Made by a program: the position numbers and the translations under genes
The notes under the pieces: generated by a model
What the model saw: only the letters and a program-made list of their open reading frames with translations
Database searches by the model: none
Told to the model about the DNA's origin: nothing
Part shown: in pieces, positions 27,627-37,087 of the stretch
How positions within the stretch are numbered: position 1 is the first letter of the stretch
Layout of the letters: every line of letters begins with the position of its first letter
Assembly (NCBI GenBank): GCA_023248745.1
Contig: JAHFDZ010000002.1
Coordinates: 428 to 64,427, forward strand
Origin: Myxococcales bacterium
GTDB taxonomy: Bacteria; Myxococcota_A; Polyangia; Polyangiales; Polyangiaceae
Reading direction: 5' to 3'
Length of the DNA stretch: 64,000 nucleotides

Positions 27627-29555
27627 ATGAAGCGTGCACTCAGTTTCTCAGTTCTTGGATTCGGTTCGCTTATGGTGGGTATGACGGCGTGTGACCCGCC
27701 CAGTGCGGGAACCGACGACGCGAAGGCTACCGCGCCGAGTGCGTCTGCAGGCACGTCTGCAAGTTCATCAGGCAGTGCATCAGGGAAAGCCGCCGCCGCA
27801 TCTGCGGTTGATCCCGCGACACCGGAGGCTGCTGCGCAGTTCACCAAGAGAGTCGACGCTGACCTGCGTAAGCTTTGGTCGGCTCGGGATCAAGCGGCGT
27901 GGGTGAATGCGAATTTCATTACCGACGATACCGAGGCGCTCTCTGCGGCAGGCGAAGTTGCAACGGCGGAGTACATCACCAAAGCCATCAAAGAAGCGGT
28001 GCGCTTCGATCCGATAGCCTCGCAACTTCCGCCTGATGTTGCTCGTCAACTCCATTTACTAAAGATCGCGCAGACCGTTCCCGCGCCTTCGAACGAGGCA
28101 GAGCGCAACGAACTCGCCGCCGCGACCACGTGGATGCAAAGCACCTACGGCAAGGGCAAGTATTGTCCAAAAGGCGAAAAGGAAAAGTGCTTCACGCTCG
28201 GCGAGCTCAGCGCGACCATTGCCAAAAGCCGGAAGTACGACGATCTCCTCGATGCGTGGAAGGGGTGGCACAGCATCTCGCCGCCGATGCGCGAACGTTT
28301 TGGTCGCTACGTCGAGCTCGGTAACAAGGGCGCCAAAGAGATCGGTTTTCCAGACATGGGCTCGCTTTGGAAGTCGGGCTACGACATGAAGCCCGATGCG
28401 TTTGAAGCGGACGTCGATCGCCTTTGGAAAGAGGTAAAGCCGCTTTACGATGAACTTCACTGCTACGCGCGCGCCAAGCTTCAGACGACGTATGGCAAGG
28501 ACAAGGTCGCCGACAAAGCGCCCATTCCGGCGCACCTGCTCGGCAACATGTGGGCTCAGGACTGGGTCAATATTTACGATGTGCTCGAGCCCTACAAAGG
28601 CCAGCCCTCGCTCGACGTGGGCAAAAAGCTAAAGAGCAAGAAGGTAAGTCCGACCGACATGGTCAGGCTCGGCGAAAAGTTTTTCACTTCGCTCGGTCTC
28701 GATCCCCTACCCGAATCGTTCTGGAAACGATCGCTTTTTGAGAAGCCCAAAGATCGAGAGGTCGTGTGTCATGCGAGCGCGTGGGACGTCACTTGGTCAA
28801 ACGACTTGCGCATCAAGATGTGCATCGAACCGACCGAAGAAGACCTCATCACGATTCACCACGAGCTCGGTCACAACTACTACTTCCAGCGTTACTACAA
28901 GCTGCCGACGCTCTTTCAGCAGGGAGCGAACGATGGCTTCCACGAGGGCATCGGCGACACGCTCGCGCTTTCGGTTACGCCTGCGTATCTCAAGAATCTT
29001 GGCTACCTCGACGCCGAGCCCAAAGGTGACAAGGGCCGCCTCAATCAGCTCATGAAGGTCGCGCTCGACAAGATTTCTTTTTTGCCGTTCGGATTGCTCA
29101 TCGACAAGTGGCGATGGGATGTTCTCTCCGGCAAAGTTGACGATAAGCACTACAACGAAGCGTGGTGGAAGTTGCGGCGCGACATTCAAGGCGTTGCGCC
29201 TCCTGCCCCTCGCACCGAAGCCGACTTCGATCCTGGTGCGAAGTACCACGTGCCTGCGAGTGTTCCGTATATTCGCTACTTCCTTGCGCGCATTTATCAG
29301 TTCCAGTTTCATCGCGCGTTGTGCAAAGCGGCCGGCCACACCGGGTCGCTTGATACGTGCTCGATCTACGGCAACAAGGATGCAGGAAAGAAGCTTGCCG
29401 ACATGCTCTCGATGGGCGCGAGCAAGCCGTGGCCTGAAGCGATGACGGCCATCACGGGTGAGTCAAAGGCCGACGCGACCGCGATGGTCGAATACTTCGA
29501 GCCCTTGACGAAGTGGCTCAAAGAGCAAAACAAAGGACAGTCCTGCGGTTGGTGA
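27627..29555 (+). CDS. peptidyl-dipeptidase A (peptidase M2, angiotensin-converting-enzyme homolog), lipoprotein
   Basis: HHELGHNYY (HEXXH) and HEGIGDT (third Zn ligand) at M2 spacing. Lipoprotein-like MKRALSFSVLGFGSLMVGMTAC from ATG 27627. Confidence 0.85.
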   Translation: MKRALSFSVLGFGSLMVGMTACDPPSAGTDDAKATAPSASAGTSASSSGSASGKAAAASAVDPATPEAAAQFTKRVDADLRKLWSARDQAAWVNANFITDDTEALSAAGEVATAEYITKAIKEAVRFDPIASQLPPDVARQLHLLKIAQTVPAPSNEAERNELAAATTWMQSTYGKGKYCPKGEKEKCFTLGELSATIAKSRKYDDLLDAWKGWHSISPPMRERFGRYVELGNKGAKEIGFPDMGSLWKSGYDMKPDAFEADVDRLWKEVKPLYDELHCYARAKLQTTYGKDKVADKAPIPAHLLGNMWAQDWVNIYDVLEPYKGQPSLDVGKKLKSKKVSPTDMVRLGEKFFTSLGLDPLPESFWKRSLFEKPKDREVVCHASAWDVTWSNDLRIKMCIEPTEEDLITIHHELGHNYYFQRYYKLPTLFQQGANDGFHEGIGDTLALSVTPAYLKNLGYLDAEPKGDKGRLNQLMKVALDKISFLPFGLLIDKWRWDVLSGKVDDKHYNEAWWKLRRDIQGVAPPAPRTEADFDPGAKYHVPASVPYIRYFLARIYQFQFHRALCKAAGHTGSLDTCSIYGNKDAGKKLADMLSMGASKPWPEAMTAITGESKADATAMVEYFEPLTKWLKEQNKGQSCGW

Positions 29556-29599
29556 TCGAACGTTCGCGTAATTTGTTACTCGCGAAGTATCATTAGCCA

Positions 29600-30865
29600 A
29601 TGAGCACGATGGGGGAGGCGAAAACGATCCCCCGTGCGCTTTCGGTCGACGCGCTGCGCGGCTTTGTCTTGTTCACGATGCTCTTCGTCGACGACCTCGG
29701 ACGCGCCTCGAAGCACGTCGTACCCGCATGGATGCGGCACTACGAAGGTGCGAGCGGGATGTACTTTGCCGACGTTGTGCTGCCTGCGTTTCTCTTCATG
29801 GTTGGAATGTCAGTGCCGTTCGCGTTGCAGGGCCGCGTCGAAAAAGGCGAACCGCTTGGCAAGACGCTGCTTCACGTCGGAGAGCGCACGGCGTCGTTGC
29901 TCTTGCTCGGCGTCATTATCGTCAATGGTCTTGCCGATTCAGAGATGATGGGCTGGTCGGCCGAACTTTGGTCTGTGCTGACCACGCTTTCGGCCATCCT
30001 CGCGTTTTCGGCGATCAAGATTTCTCGCAGATCTACCCCAACGCGCGCTCGTCTCGTGTCGCGGCTTTCGACTGCTTTGCGCGTTGTTGGGCTTGGTGCA
30101 CTCGCGGCCTTGGTGTTCGCGTTTCGTGGACACGACGGGCATCGCATCGTCTCGTTTTCGCCCTTTTCGATTCACGCCGAGTGGTGGGGCATTCTGGGCC
30201 AAATTGGTTGGGCCTACCTCACGGCATCGCTCGTGTATCTGGTGGTGCGCGGTCGACAAGCGGCCCTCCTTGTCACGACCGCGCTTCTCTATTGCCTGTA
30301 TGTTGCCGATAAAAAGGGTCTGTTGGGCTCTTTCACACTTTCGCCGTACTTGGAAGTCGGCGAGTCGATGGGCTCGCAGTCCGCAATCGCGGTTCTCGGC
30401 CTCGCGGTTTCAACGACGGTGTGGCAAAAATCCAACGAACCAACCGTCGCTCAAAATGTGCGTTTTGCGCTCGGGCTGGTGGCGGCTTGCGGTGCGGCGG
30501 CTTGTGCGTTTCAGGCCAAGTACGTCGTGAGCAAAGACAACGCGACGCCGCCTTGGGCGCTTTGGTCGAGTTCCATCATGGTCGCGCTCTGGCTTGCGTT
30601 CTATCTTCAAAGCGATGCGCGTGCGGCCGAGGTGAAGGCGAGTCGAGCAATGACGGCACTGGCGACGGCTGGGCAAAACGTGCTTCTTGCGTACTTGCTC
30701 CGTGATTGGGTCGTGGCGCTCTTGCCGTTTCTGCACGTCGATGCGCTGTATCAGAGTCTTGCGTCTGGCCTACCTCAGGCGCTCTTCCGATCGGTTGCTT
30801 GGTCGTTTGCGATCGTTTTTGCAAGTACGGGCCTCAATCGCCTGGGCTTTTTGGTGAAACTCTGA
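29600..30865 (+). CDS. HGSNAT-like integral membrane acyltransferase (DUF5009/DUF1624-like)
   Basis: LSVDALRGFVLFTMLFVDD N-terminal motif followed by about 10 hydrophobic helices. Confidence 0.55.
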   Translation: MSTMGEAKTIPRALSVDALRGFVLFTMLFVDDLGRASKHVVPAWMRHYEGASGMYFADVVLPAFLFMVGMSVPFALQGRVEKGEPLGKTLLHVGERTASLLLLGVIIVNGLADSEMMGWSAELWSVLTTLSAILAFSAIKISRRSTPTRARLVSRLSTALRVVGLGALAALVFAFRGHDGHRIVSFSPFSIHAEWWGILGQIGWAYLTASLVYLVVRGRQAALLVTTALLYCLYVADKKGLLGSFTLSPYLEVGESMGSQSAIAVLGLAVSTTVWQKSNEPTVAQNVRFALGLVAACGAAACAFQAKYVVSKDNATPPWALWSSSIMVALWLAFYLQSDARAAEVKASRAMTALATAGQNVLLAYLLRDWVVALLPFLHVDALYQSLASGLPQALFRSVAWSFAIVFASTGLNRLGFLVKL

Positions 30866-30944
30866 AAGCTGCCACTCATTTTTCGCGCAACTCTCTTGCG
30901 GGCTGGCCGATTGCTCGCAACACTCTCGCCTATAAGGAGCGCTC

Positions 30945-31301
30945 ATGGCGATCGATGGCATTCGCAAGGGCGGCACGCCCGTAGTGGGTCCGACCCGTTC
31001 CGATGAGGCTCATGGTGCGTCGGCACCGACCAAGTCATTTGACGTTTCAGGTGCTGCAGAGCTGGCCGGCGCAGCAAAGGCCGAAGCGCTTTCGTCGCTC
31101 GCGATGCGCGTCCGATCGGGCGAGCTCGATCTTGCGGCCTTCGTCGATGCGAAAATTGAGCAATCGACGTCGCATTTGAAGCTCTCACCTGAAGCGCTCT
31201 CGGATGTGAAGGACATGATGCGCGACAAGATGATGAGCGATCCGTTGGTCGTCGATTGGATCTCTGAGCTCACGGGCGCAAGAGCGAAGAAGGACGAGTA
31301 A
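30945..31301 (+). CDS. hypothetical protein
   Basis: 118 aa. ATG preceded by AAGGAG. Ala-rich with no TM. No family recognised. Confidence 0.45.
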   Translation: MAIDGIRKGGTPVVGPTRSDEAHGASAPTKSFDVSGAAELAGAAKAEALSSLAMRVRSGELDLAAFVDAKIEQSTSHLKLSPEALSDVKDMMRDKMMSDPLVVDWISELTGARAKKDE

Positions 31302-31303
31302 CT

Positions 31304-32206
31304 ATGGCACTCCGCTCGTTGTCGCTTGCGATCTTGGTTTTCGCAACGGGCTTCGGCTGTCAGTGTGAAAAACGAAACGAACCGGTCAAGGTGCCGACGT
31401 CGGCAACCGCTGTTGCGTCCACCGTTCGCAGTATCGAGTGGACATTTTCGGGCATCTCTCCGCGAGCGGTCGTCGTTCTTCCTTCGAACGTTCCTTCCGG
31501 ACAATTGTTACCTGTTGTGATCGCTTTGCACGGCCGAGGCGAAGCGGTGAAGGGGCCCGAAGAAGGTGCTTGGGGGTGGCCTCGTGACTATGCGCTATCG
31601 GCGGCGTTCGAGCGTTTGCTTGCCCCGCCTCTACGTGCTCACGATTTTCAGGGCTACGTAACGCCTGCGCACCTCAGCTCGCGCAACGAGTCGCTTCGCG
31701 AAACCCCCTTTCGTGGACTCATCGTCGTCTGCCCGTATTTCCCGGACAGAGATCCAGCGAGCGATTTCGCGAACGTTTTTGCGCGATTCTTGGAGACAGA
31801 ACTGGTGCCGCGCATCGCAAAGGAACTCCCGGCAGATACGTCCCGGCTCGGTATTGACGGTGTCTCGTTGGGCGGTGCGCTCGCACTGCGCGTAGGCCTT
31901 TCGCGTCCGTCGCTCTTTCGGTCGGTGGGCGGGATTCAACCAGCGATCGGGATTCGTCAAGTTGATGAACTTGTTGCTCTTGTGGTGGCCGCTAGAACCA
32001 CTCGTCGAGAGTTACAATTGCGAATCATGACCAGTGAAGACGACTATTTCCGACCTGCAATTGAGGCCTACGATCGCGCGCTGACCAACAAAGGCATCGC
32101 ACATGCGTTCCTCATGACTCCAGGCCCGCATGATTACCCGTTCAATCGTGGTCCAGGCTCGATTGAACTCCTCTTTTGGCACGAGCAGGCCTTGCGCCTG
32201 CATTAG
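31304..32206 (+). CDS. alpha/beta-hydrolase esterase, lipoprotein
   Basis: Lipobox LVFATGFGC. VVIALHGRGE and GIDGVSLGGALAL (GxSxG). Confidence 0.6.
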   Translation: MALRSLSLAILVFATGFGCQCEKRNEPVKVPTSATAVASTVRSIEWTFSGISPRAVVVLPSNVPSGQLLPVVIALHGRGEAVKGPEEGAWGWPRDYALSAAFERLLAPPLRAHDFQGYVTPAHLSSRNESLRETPFRGLIVVCPYFPDRDPASDFANVFARFLETELVPRIAKELPADTSRLGIDGVSLGGALALRVGLSRPSLFRSVGGIQPAIGIRQVDELVALVVAARTTRRELQLRIMTSEDDYFRPAIEAYDRALTNKGIAHAFLMTPGPHDYPFNRGPGSIELLFWHEQALRLH

Positions 32207-32218
32207 TATCGCGCGCGG

Positions 32219-34873
32219 ATGAGTCGCTTTCTGGTTTCGCTCGAATCGCTCACAAGTCGCCGAGGTGGCGATGATGCGCGCGTGGTCGGCGGAAAGGCGG
32301 CGCGACTCGTTTGGCTCGCAAAGAATCGATTTGCGGTGCCAGACGCTTGGATTCTCTCGAAAGACGCATTCGTTCAGGTGTTGCGAGATTTGCCTCCGGG
32401 CACCGATCCGAAGAGCCTGTTGCGATTGCCGGCCGGAAGGGCGCGCGACGAACGATGCGCAGAAGCGCACGAGGCCTTTCTTCGCGTGCCGATTCCGACA
32501 GAGTTGGTGAGCGAGATCGAAGCGCTATGGTTTGAGTGCGAAGAGGCGTGCCCGTGGGGGCTTGCGGTTCGATCGAGCGCCACCTGTGAAGACGGTGAGC
32601 TCGTCTCGATGGCAGGCCTCGCAGAGTCCGTTTTGGGTGTTCGAGGGCCAGACGCGATTGCGAATGCGATTCGTGAAGTGTGGGCTTCGATCGCGTCAGG
32701 ACGCGCGGTGGCCTATCTCGCGACGCATAACGTGAGAGATGTGCAGATGGCCGTCGTGATTCAACGTGTTGTCGTTGCGCAAGCGGCAGGCGTGATGTTC
32801 ACACGCGCTCCTGATCGCCGTGCGTTCTCGCAAGTTGAACGCATCGTCAACGCGAGCTGTGGTCTTGGGGCATCGGTCGTGAGCGGTACGGCCACGCCAG
32901 ACGTTCTCCGCATTGATGCGCGCGGTCGAGTCATCGAGTCGGCGGTCGCACACAAAGCGCGCGCGACCGTTGTAACGGACCTTGGCCTCGAAGAGATAGA
33001 AGTCAATCAACCTGACCAGCCGGCTTTAGAGGACGCCCGCCTCGTTGAGCTCGCCGATCTCGCGTCGCGCCTTGAGCGTCTCGACAATTCACCTTGGGAC
33101 GTCGAATTTGTATGCGACGCCACGCGCACGTGGGTTGTTCAAGCACGGCCGGTTACGGGCCTTGGCTTTCCCGAGGGTGGAAACGCGACGACCGTTTGGA
33201 GTAACGCGAACGTTGGTGAAGCACTGCCAGGTGTGGCGACTCCGTTCACTTGGTCTATCGCGCGCGGCTTTAGCGAGACCGGGTTTCGCCGCGCCTTTGC
33301 GGCACTTGGTTGCCGCGTGCCTAAGAATGCGGTGCTCGTGTCGAGCGTGCACGGTCGGTTCTATCTCAACCTGACGCAGTTCATGCGCATCGCCGCACAA
33401 GTTCCATTTCTTGATCCGCGTACCCTTGTCGAGCTCGGTGGTGGTGGTGGTGGCGATGAGCTTGCAACGCAAGTCGAAGGCGTTTCACGACTTGGTTTCT
33501 ATGCGCGTTTGCCAATGACAGCGCTGACGCTTGGCAAGGAGCAACTTCGTCTCGATGCGGGTGTCGAGGCATTCGAGGCTTACGCCGACAAAGTGTGGCG
33601 AGCCAACACCGAGCTCGATCTTGCCATCTTGCCCGACGAAGGTCTTGCGAAAAACATCACCGAAACGCAGGCGCTCCTTGCGCAGTCCGGCACGGTGATG
33701 CTCACGTGCGCGTCGAGTGCTCTCGGCTCTCACTTGGCCCTCAAGGTATTGCTCGAACGTGTTGCGCCCATTGACGCAGACCGCCTTGCGCAGAGCCTGA
33801 CGAGCGGAATTCGTGACCTCGAGAGCGCCCGGCCTGCGATTGGAATTATGCATATCGCATCGATCGCGCGCCGCGAGCCGGAAGCGCGTGTCGTGATCGA
33901 GCGCGAATCGACGATCGGCCTTGATGCGATTCCTGAGGGGCCGACAAAGCGCGCGCTGGCAAGTTTTCTCGAACTCTACGGGCATCGTGCCGTTCGCGAA
34001 GCCGAGCTTTCAACGCCGCGTTGGCGTGAGGACCATAAAACTGTTCTTACAATGTTACGAATTACGTTGCGCGGCGAAGGGCGCGACGTTGACGAGGCGC
34101 TCGCGCGCGGGAAGCTCTCGTCGGAAACCGAGATGAGCAAGCTTTTGCCGAAGCTCACGGTGGTCGAGCAGACCTTGCTTCGGCACCTTGTTGCTCGTGC
34201 ACGCAAAGCTGCGCGTTTGCGCGAGCGAATGCGCACGTGGGTTACGCGAGTGCTCGGCATGTTGCGCAGTACTGCGCTCGACGCGGATCGCCGACTCCTT
34301 AGGCGTGATCCGCAGCTCGCTGCCGATTACGCGGCGCTCGCGTCATCTGGATCGCAGCTGGCGCTTGTGCGTAGCGCTTTTTTTCTCACCGTCGATGAAG
34401 TGAAGCACGCACTTCGTAACACCAGAAGTGATCTATCAGCGCTCGTCAAAGCGCGGCGTGCCGAGTTTGCACGCGATGGCGCACGCCCCGATCCGCCATC
34501 GACATTCATGGGCGCACCACCGCCGGTGGTGTTGCCTCCTTCGGGTGGCGATACTCTTCGAGGTCTACCTGCGGCCGCTGGCGTGGTCGAGGGTCTAGCG
34601 CGCGTACTTTTTGGACCCGAAGAGATGGGATCGCTTCAGCCGGGCGAAGTGCTCGTCGTGCACACGACCGACGTTGGTTGGACGCCACTGTTTCTTCTCG
34701 CCGCGGGCATCGTCACGGAACTTGGAGGACCGCTTTCGCACGCGGCGATCGTCGCACGTGAGTTCGGGGTGCCAAGTGTGGTTAATGTGGCCGGCGCAAC
34801 AAGAGCGATCAGGACAGGCGATCGCGTTCGCGTCGATGGCGATCGTGGCATCATCGAAAAGCTCCGTTCGTGA
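32219..34873 (+). CDS. PEP-utilising enzyme with rifampin-phosphotransferase-like architecture
   Basis: N-terminal ATP-grasp region (GGKAARLVWL) and a long central domain. The swivel phosphohistidine domain sits at the extreme C-terminus (VVHTTDVGWTPLFLLAAGIVTELGGPLSHAAIVAREFGVP). No PEP/pyruvate TIM barrel follows it. Confidence 0.8.
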   Translation: MSRFLVSLESLTSRRGGDDARVVGGKAARLVWLAKNRFAVPDAWILSKDAFVQVLRDLPPGTDPKSLLRLPAGRARDERCAEAHEAFLRVPIPTELVSEIEALWFECEEACPWGLAVRSSATCEDGELVSMAGLAESVLGVRGPDAIANAIREVWASIASGRAVAYLATHNVRDVQMAVVIQRVVVAQAAGVMFTRAPDRRAFSQVERIVNASCGLGASVVSGTATPDVLRIDARGRVIESAVAHKARATVVTDLGLEEIEVNQPDQPALEDARLVELADLASRLERLDNSPWDVEFVCDATRTWVVQARPVTGLGFPEGGNATTVWSNANVGEALPGVATPFTWSIARGFSETGFRRAFAALGCRVPKNAVLVSSVHGRFYLNLTQFMRIAAQVPFLDPRTLVELGGGGGGDELATQVEGVSRLGFYARLPMTALTLGKEQLRLDAGVEAFEAYADKVWRANTELDLAILPDEGLAKNITETQALLAQSGTVMLTCASSALGSHLALKVLLERVAPIDADRLAQSLTSGIRDLESARPAIGIMHIASIARREPEARVVIERESTIGLDAIPEGPTKRALASFLELYGHRAVREAELSTPRWREDHKTVLTMLRITLRGEGRDVDEALARGKLSSETEMSKLLPKLTVVEQTLLRHLVARARKAARLRERMRTWVTRVLGMLRSTALDADRRLLRRDPQLAADYAALASSGSQLALVRSAFFLTVDEVKHALRNTRSDLSALVKARRAEFARDGARPDPPSTFMGAPPPVVLPPSGGDTLRGLPAAAGVVEGLARVLFGPEEMGSLQPGEVLVVHTTDVGWTPLFLLAAGIVTELGGPLSHAAIVAREFGVPSVVNVAGATRAIRTGDRVRVDGDRGIIEKLRS

Positions 34874-35784
34874 ACGATCCGTTGCGTTGGGTCGTGTCGG
34901 AGGGAGACGGCAAGACGATAGAGCAAGTGCTCAAGCGTGCGAACGTGGATGCGGTTGCGCTCTCGGAAGGTCGAGTTTTTGTTGGCAGAGTTCGCGTTGA
35001 GGCCGGTGCATTTGTCGTTTCTGTCGGCGACTTGGTAACGGTTGCGAGTTTGAGATCCGTCACGGAAGCGTGGCGCTGGATTCATCGCGATGCCGACCTC
35101 GCCGTCGTCGATAAGCCGGCAGGCATGCCCACGATTGCCGATTCGTCAGCGCGCGCGCATTCGCTTCAGGCACAAGTCGCCAAAGCGCTGTGCGTCGCTA
35201 CGGATGCGCTGCACCCTACCTCGCGTCTTGACCTCGACGTGAGTGGGGTTGTGACGTTTGCGTTGACCAAGCGCGCCCGAGAGTCGCTTGTGGCTTATCG
35301 CGAGAAGGGCCAATACGAACGTCGCTATGTTGCGATAGCAAAGGGCACTCTTTCTGAATCGTCAGGAATCTGGACGAACAAGATTGGGCGTGCAAAAGAT
35401 CCGAAGCTGCGTAAGGTCTTCGGCAAGGACGCAACCGATGCCGAGACACGGTTCGTTGTCGTGTCAGAAATCGGACCGTACTTGTTGCTCGCCCTCGAAC
35501 CCGTGACCGGTCGAACCCACCAGTTGCGCGTGCATGCGTCGCACGCAGGCTTACCCTTGATCGGCGACCGCGCGTATGGCGGTCCGGTGCGCATATCGAT
35601 GAGCGATGGGCGCGTCGTGCGCTTCGATCGCATCGCTTTGCACGCGGCGCGTGTGACCCTCAAACGTGATGATCCCCTGGTTTTGTCGGCTCCGATTCCC
35701 AGCCGTTTGCGCGCGTGGTGGGACGCGCTAGGAGGAGGTGCATCCGCATGGGACCAGGCACTCGCACACGTGTTTTCGCACTAG
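34870..35784 (+). CDS. RluA-family pseudouridine synthase
   Basis: HQLRVHASHAGLPLIGDRAYGG region and an S4-like N-terminus. GTG start overlaps the upstream stop (GTGA). Confidence 0.85.
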   Translation: MNDPLRWVVSEGDGKTIEQVLKRANVDAVALSEGRVFVGRVRVEAGAFVVSVGDLVTVASLRSVTEAWRWIHRDADLAVVDKPAGMPTIADSSARAHSLQAQVAKALCVATDALHPTSRLDLDVSGVVTFALTKRARESLVAYREKGQYERRYVAIAKGTLSESSGIWTNKIGRAKDPKLRKVFGKDATDAETRFVVVSEIGPYLLLALEPVTGRTHQLRVHASHAGLPLIGDRAYGGPVRISMSDGRVVRFDRIALHAARVTLKRDDPLVLSAPIPSRLRAWWDALGGGASAWDQALAHVFSH

Positions 35785-36350
35785 CGGCAATCCTCTTGAT
35801 TGCAGCTTCGGCCACGTCGAGTGCGCAGCCGCCAACGCAGCTCCAATACCCGACGAAGAAGCCGCCGCGTTCGGTGCGAAAGGGGCGTTCCGAACTTCCG
35901 GATCCGTCACCTCTCTCTGCCAAGCGTCTCCATCGCATGGTCATCAAATGGGACAAGAACGCACCGGCGCTAAGAGACGTCAATGTTGTTGACCTTTCAA
36001 AATCGCAGGTGAGCGAGCGTTGGGCGGGCCGATTTGCGCTCGAGCTTTTTGAACGCGGTGTGCTCATCGAACGCGTTCGATTCAACTTTCCCATGCTTGG
36101 CGCCGAGTTGCGCGAGGGCGGAAAGTCCGTCGCCACGTCCATTGACGCCAACGTTGCGACAACGGCGGAGGTCTCGTTTCCGGCCGTCGACCGCGGTGAC
36201 AAGCTTGAGTTGCGTGATCGCGCAACGGGGCGACGATGGTCACTCGCGTGGCCGCCTCGACCCGAGGAGCCGGCCGCGATTCGCCCGGATGCCAAGGCCA
36301 AAGAAGAGGTCTCGCCTGCGCCTGGGGCACGTTCACCGATGGTCAAGTAA
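35748..36350 (+). CDS. hypothetical secreted protein
   Basis: ATG 35748 preceded by AGGAGGAGG. Signal peptide RVFALAAILLIAASATSSAQ. No family recognised. Confidence 0.45.
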   Translation: MGPGTRTRVFALAAILLIAASATSSAQPPTQLQYPTKKPPRSVRKGRSELPDPSPLSAKRLHRMVIKWDKNAPALRDVNVVDLSKSQVSERWAGRFALELFERGVLIERVRFNFPMLGAELREGGKSVATSIDANVATTAEVSFPAVDRGDKLELRDRATGRRWSLAWPPRPEEPAAIRPDAKAKEEVSPAPGARSPMVK

Positions 36351-36356
36351 CGGAAA

Positions 36357-37064
36357 TCAATCAGTAAGCAGACCGAGTTGCGAAAGCTCGCGGGTCACTT
36401 CGCCTGCCCAGTTGGCGTTTGCTTTCGGACTCGCAGGACTCGGATGCAAAATGCGCGAAACGTTTTTGTGCGTTGGCGCGATGCGCTTGAGGCACGCCTC
36501 GGCAAAGGCGCCGACCCCGATCAAGAATTCGGGTTGAAGGACCGCAAGTACTTTCTTGAGCGCCGTGTCGCATACCGCAAAGAGAGCAACTTGTTCGCCT
36601 TTGCGTAACTTATCCGGTGTAAAATTCTTACCGCTCGCTTCCATGAAAACGAGCGGGCAGTAGTTGAGGACGGTGAAGCGTCGAAAGAATGCATCGGCTG
36701 TTACGAAATGGTCGCGTGCGAGTCCCCAAAGGCGAGCGCCGCTCACTTCACTCCGCGTGCACTCGAAGCCGACGATGGGTCTCGCCGGGTTCTCTTGCTC
36801 GGGTTTGACGACGGGCCCACGAATGCCGATGAAGTCGCGTACCAGGCTCACTTCGCCGAACGGGACTCCCGTTTGGGCCATGCCCCACGGCCCTGGATTC
36901 ATGCCAAGAAGGATTGCTCGCACCTTTTTGCTGGCAAATTGGTCGACGTACTGCTGTGCCGGTTTCGCGGCGTAGACGAGGGGATTGTAGACGTGTGTGA
37001 CCGGCGGGCCGAACGTGAGCTTCGCAAGTTCGCGGGAAAGTTCTTCGTAGATTTGCCAGGTCAT
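36357..37064 (-). CDS. SMUG1-type (family 3) uracil-DNA glycosylase
   Basis: ILLGMNPGPWGMAQTGVPFGE and ILHPSPASP motifs. ATG 37064 (ORF opens at 37169). Confidence 0.8.
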   Translation of the reverse strand: MTWQIYEELSRELAKLTFGPPVTHVYNPLVYAAKPAQQYVDQFASKKVRAILLGMNPGPWGMAQTGVPFGEVSLVRDFIGIRGPVVKPEQENPARPIVGFECTRSEVSGARLWGLARDHFVTADAFFRRFTVLNYCPLVFMEASGKNFTPDKLRKGEQVALFAVCDTALKKVLAVLQPEFLIGVGAFAEACLKRIAPTHKNVSRILHPSPASPKANANWAGEVTRELSQLGLLTD

Positions 37065-37087
37065 CAAAAGTGGAGCGAGAGTAGCGC

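Noticed and set aside
30945-31301. Possible FlgM-like anti-sigma factor (RSGELDLAAFVDAKIE resembles the FlgM C-terminal helix).
   Set aside because: The similarity is limited to one short helix, and there is no flagellar or sigma-factor context. It is left as hypothetical.
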